A stretch of 64,000 nt of DNA, from NCBI GenBank assembly GCA_963697165.1, contig CAVOMX010000001.1, positions 1 to 64,000 of the forward strand, read 5' to 3'. This DNA is from Candidatus Bathyarchaeota archaeon (GTDB lineage: Archaea; Thermoproteota; Bathyarchaeia; Bathyarchaeales; Bathyarchaeaceae). The position numbers and the translations under genes are program-made. Positions 62,094 through 64,000 of this stretch are shown piece after piece; the first letter of the stretch is position 1; each line of letters starts with the position of its first letter. A model generated the notes under the pieces. That model had not been told where the DNA came from and did not search any database. It worked only from the letters and a program-made list of their open reading frames with translations.

Positions 62094-62689
62094 TCAAAAA
62101 TCCCCCATAATATCGTTGTGGATAAAGTGTTAATAAACTTTTAGTTTTGATGTAAAATTTTAACTTTTTATAGTATTCCCTAACCGTTTGGAACTTTACA
62201 TAGGTAATTTTGTTGTTGACTAGCTTTTTACCTAGGTAATTTTGGGTGGAACAAAAAGAGGAAAAAAATACTAAATTATGGGAGTGTTGAGAAAAATATC
62301 TCCACACGTATATGATGCAATTTCCATCCCCACCTCAAAAGTTGATCTTTGACAATCTTGGTTAGTTAAATATACATTTACCATTATTATGAATGCTAAA
62401 TTACATTACTATTCCTTGCTTATTTTTTAGTCATGTAAAATGTTGTTTTCCAAAATCATTTTCAATCAAAGCATTTGAGTGACAAATAACGTAACTAAAG
62501 TATCCAAAAAAGCAACATAGCGTTACAACAAAAGACAGATTGACAAGCAATTAATCCAAAGTCTAACCAAATACTTAGTCCGAGCCAGACAAGCAAAGCT
62601 CTTTGTGGAATTCTAGAGGAATTGTCTTTGATAATTTTTTGAAAAATAAGAGGGGGTTATTAATTAGAATTTGTTAGAAGGTATATGGT

Positions 62690-64000
62690 ATGGTAAAAGA
62701 GAAGGTTCTTCTGACCGGCGCTTCAGGTTCGATGGGAAATGCTGCTTTTCTTGAATTACTGAAACGAAAAGATAGATACGATGTTGTCTTGTTGGTTAGG
62801 CCTTCCAAGAAAAATAGGAAATATTTTTACAGAATATTTAGGAGCCAAAAGTTCAGTTTCTTCTCATAAAGGCGTTAGTGAGTGTGATGGACTAAAAATT
62901 GTGTGGGGAGATTTGATTAATGCGGATGATGTTTTGAGGGCTGTTGATGGTTGTGATTTTGTTCTTCATCCGGCTGCTTTGATATCTCCTGCAGCAGATC
63001 ATGATCCGTGGATGGCTAAGAAGGTGAACTTGGATGGAACAAAAAATATTATCGATGCAATTAAAAAGCAGCCAAACAAGGGTGATGGCATCAAGTTTGT
63101 TTATGTGGGTTCTGTGGCTGAGTATGGAGATAGGTTGCCTCCGGTTCATCAGAATTAGAGTTGGTGATCCGTTAATTCCTAGTGTTTATGATTTTTATGC
63201 TACAACAAAGATTGCGGCAGAGAGGGCGGTTATTGAGTCGGGTCTGAAGTATTGGGTTTCGATTCGCCAAACATATATTGGTATTCCAAAAGCGTTTAGT
63301 TTGCTTGATTCTATTATGTTTCATCAGCCTTTAGATCAGCATGTGGAGTTGATTACAGACAAGGATGCTGGATATGGGCTTGTTAGATGTTTAGATGCTT
63401 CTGAAGGTTTCTGGGGAAATATTTACAATATGAGTGGGGGTCCTTCGTGTCGATTTGTTTATCAAGAGTATCTTGAGAATATGATGAATTTGTTGGGAAT
63501 GGGTGATTATAGAAAGATTATGGATAGGAATTGGTTTTGTTTGCGGAATTTTCATGGAGGATGGTTTGAAGACGGTTACATTCTTAATGATTTTCTTGAT
63601 CATTGGCGAAGTAATCTTGATGACCATTATAAACAAGTTAAGGAGACTAAGTATTGGTATTCATATTTTGCGAGGATTATTCCAAAATTTTTGGTTAAGA
63701 AGTTTATGAAGAAAATGGTTATCTGCAAAAAATGGTCCGCTTAGTTGGATTGAATCAAACAATGAAGGGAGGATTAAGGCGTTTTTTGGTTCAAAGACAA
63801 AAATGGGAAGAAATACCCTCTTGGGAAGTTGATTCAACTGAATTTTATGCTGAAGGATATTTGTTGGATCATGGTTTTGATGAAAATAAGCCAGAAAATG
63901 AACTAAATTTGGAGGACCTAAAGAAAGCAGCTAGATTTAGGGGAGGAGAATGTCTCTCTGAAAGGTTTGTGGATATGAAAACAAAACGTTAAATGGAAAT
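62690..64000 (+). CDS. NAD(P)-dependent epimerase/dehydratase-family oxidoreductase (frameshifted, probably runs off the window)
   Basis: MVKEKVLLTGASGSMG, WGDL, LHPAALISP, GSVAEYG, YATTK, FRGGECLS. Confidence 0.85.

Overview
Archaeal genomic window, most likely class Bathyarchaeia. This is inferred from gene content: HMf-type histone, thermosome, methanofuran biosynthesis genes, HdrA-MvhD, large membrane-anchored PQQ-like beta-propeller proteins and a TrmB regulator. Many genes are split by single-base frameshifts, which looks like long-read consensus error, but a few are probably true pseudogenes. Layout: (1) 1-8.1 kb is the right end of a decayed integrated element with two PQQ-like beta-propeller surface proteins, TrmB and a truncated tyrosine integrase abutting the 5' end of tRNA-Glu(CTC). 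(2) 8.1-30 kb holds housekeeping genes: ROK kinase, thermosome, histone, Pat-type acyl-CoA synthetase/GNAT fusion, macrodomain, Nfu, mdh, nfo, citrate synthase, MFS, mfnB/D/E/F with a HisA-like gene, msrA and a second MDH-like enzyme. (3) 30-64 kb is a more AT-rich accessory region with a dTDP-sugar operon, an aldo/keto reductase, two CBS paralogues, a four-gene Hdr-related Fe-S/flavin operon lacking HdrB, lemA-htpX and small membrane proteins. It also carries gene remnants, several dispersed non-coding repeat families and a GC-richer large hypothetical gene. Best leads: the HdrB-less operon with an HdrC-GltD fusion, a 60-90 bp inverted-repeat element family punctuating the accessory genes, an integrase that appears to carry the tRNA promoter, and a histone/Pat-acetyltransferase/macrodomain cluster.
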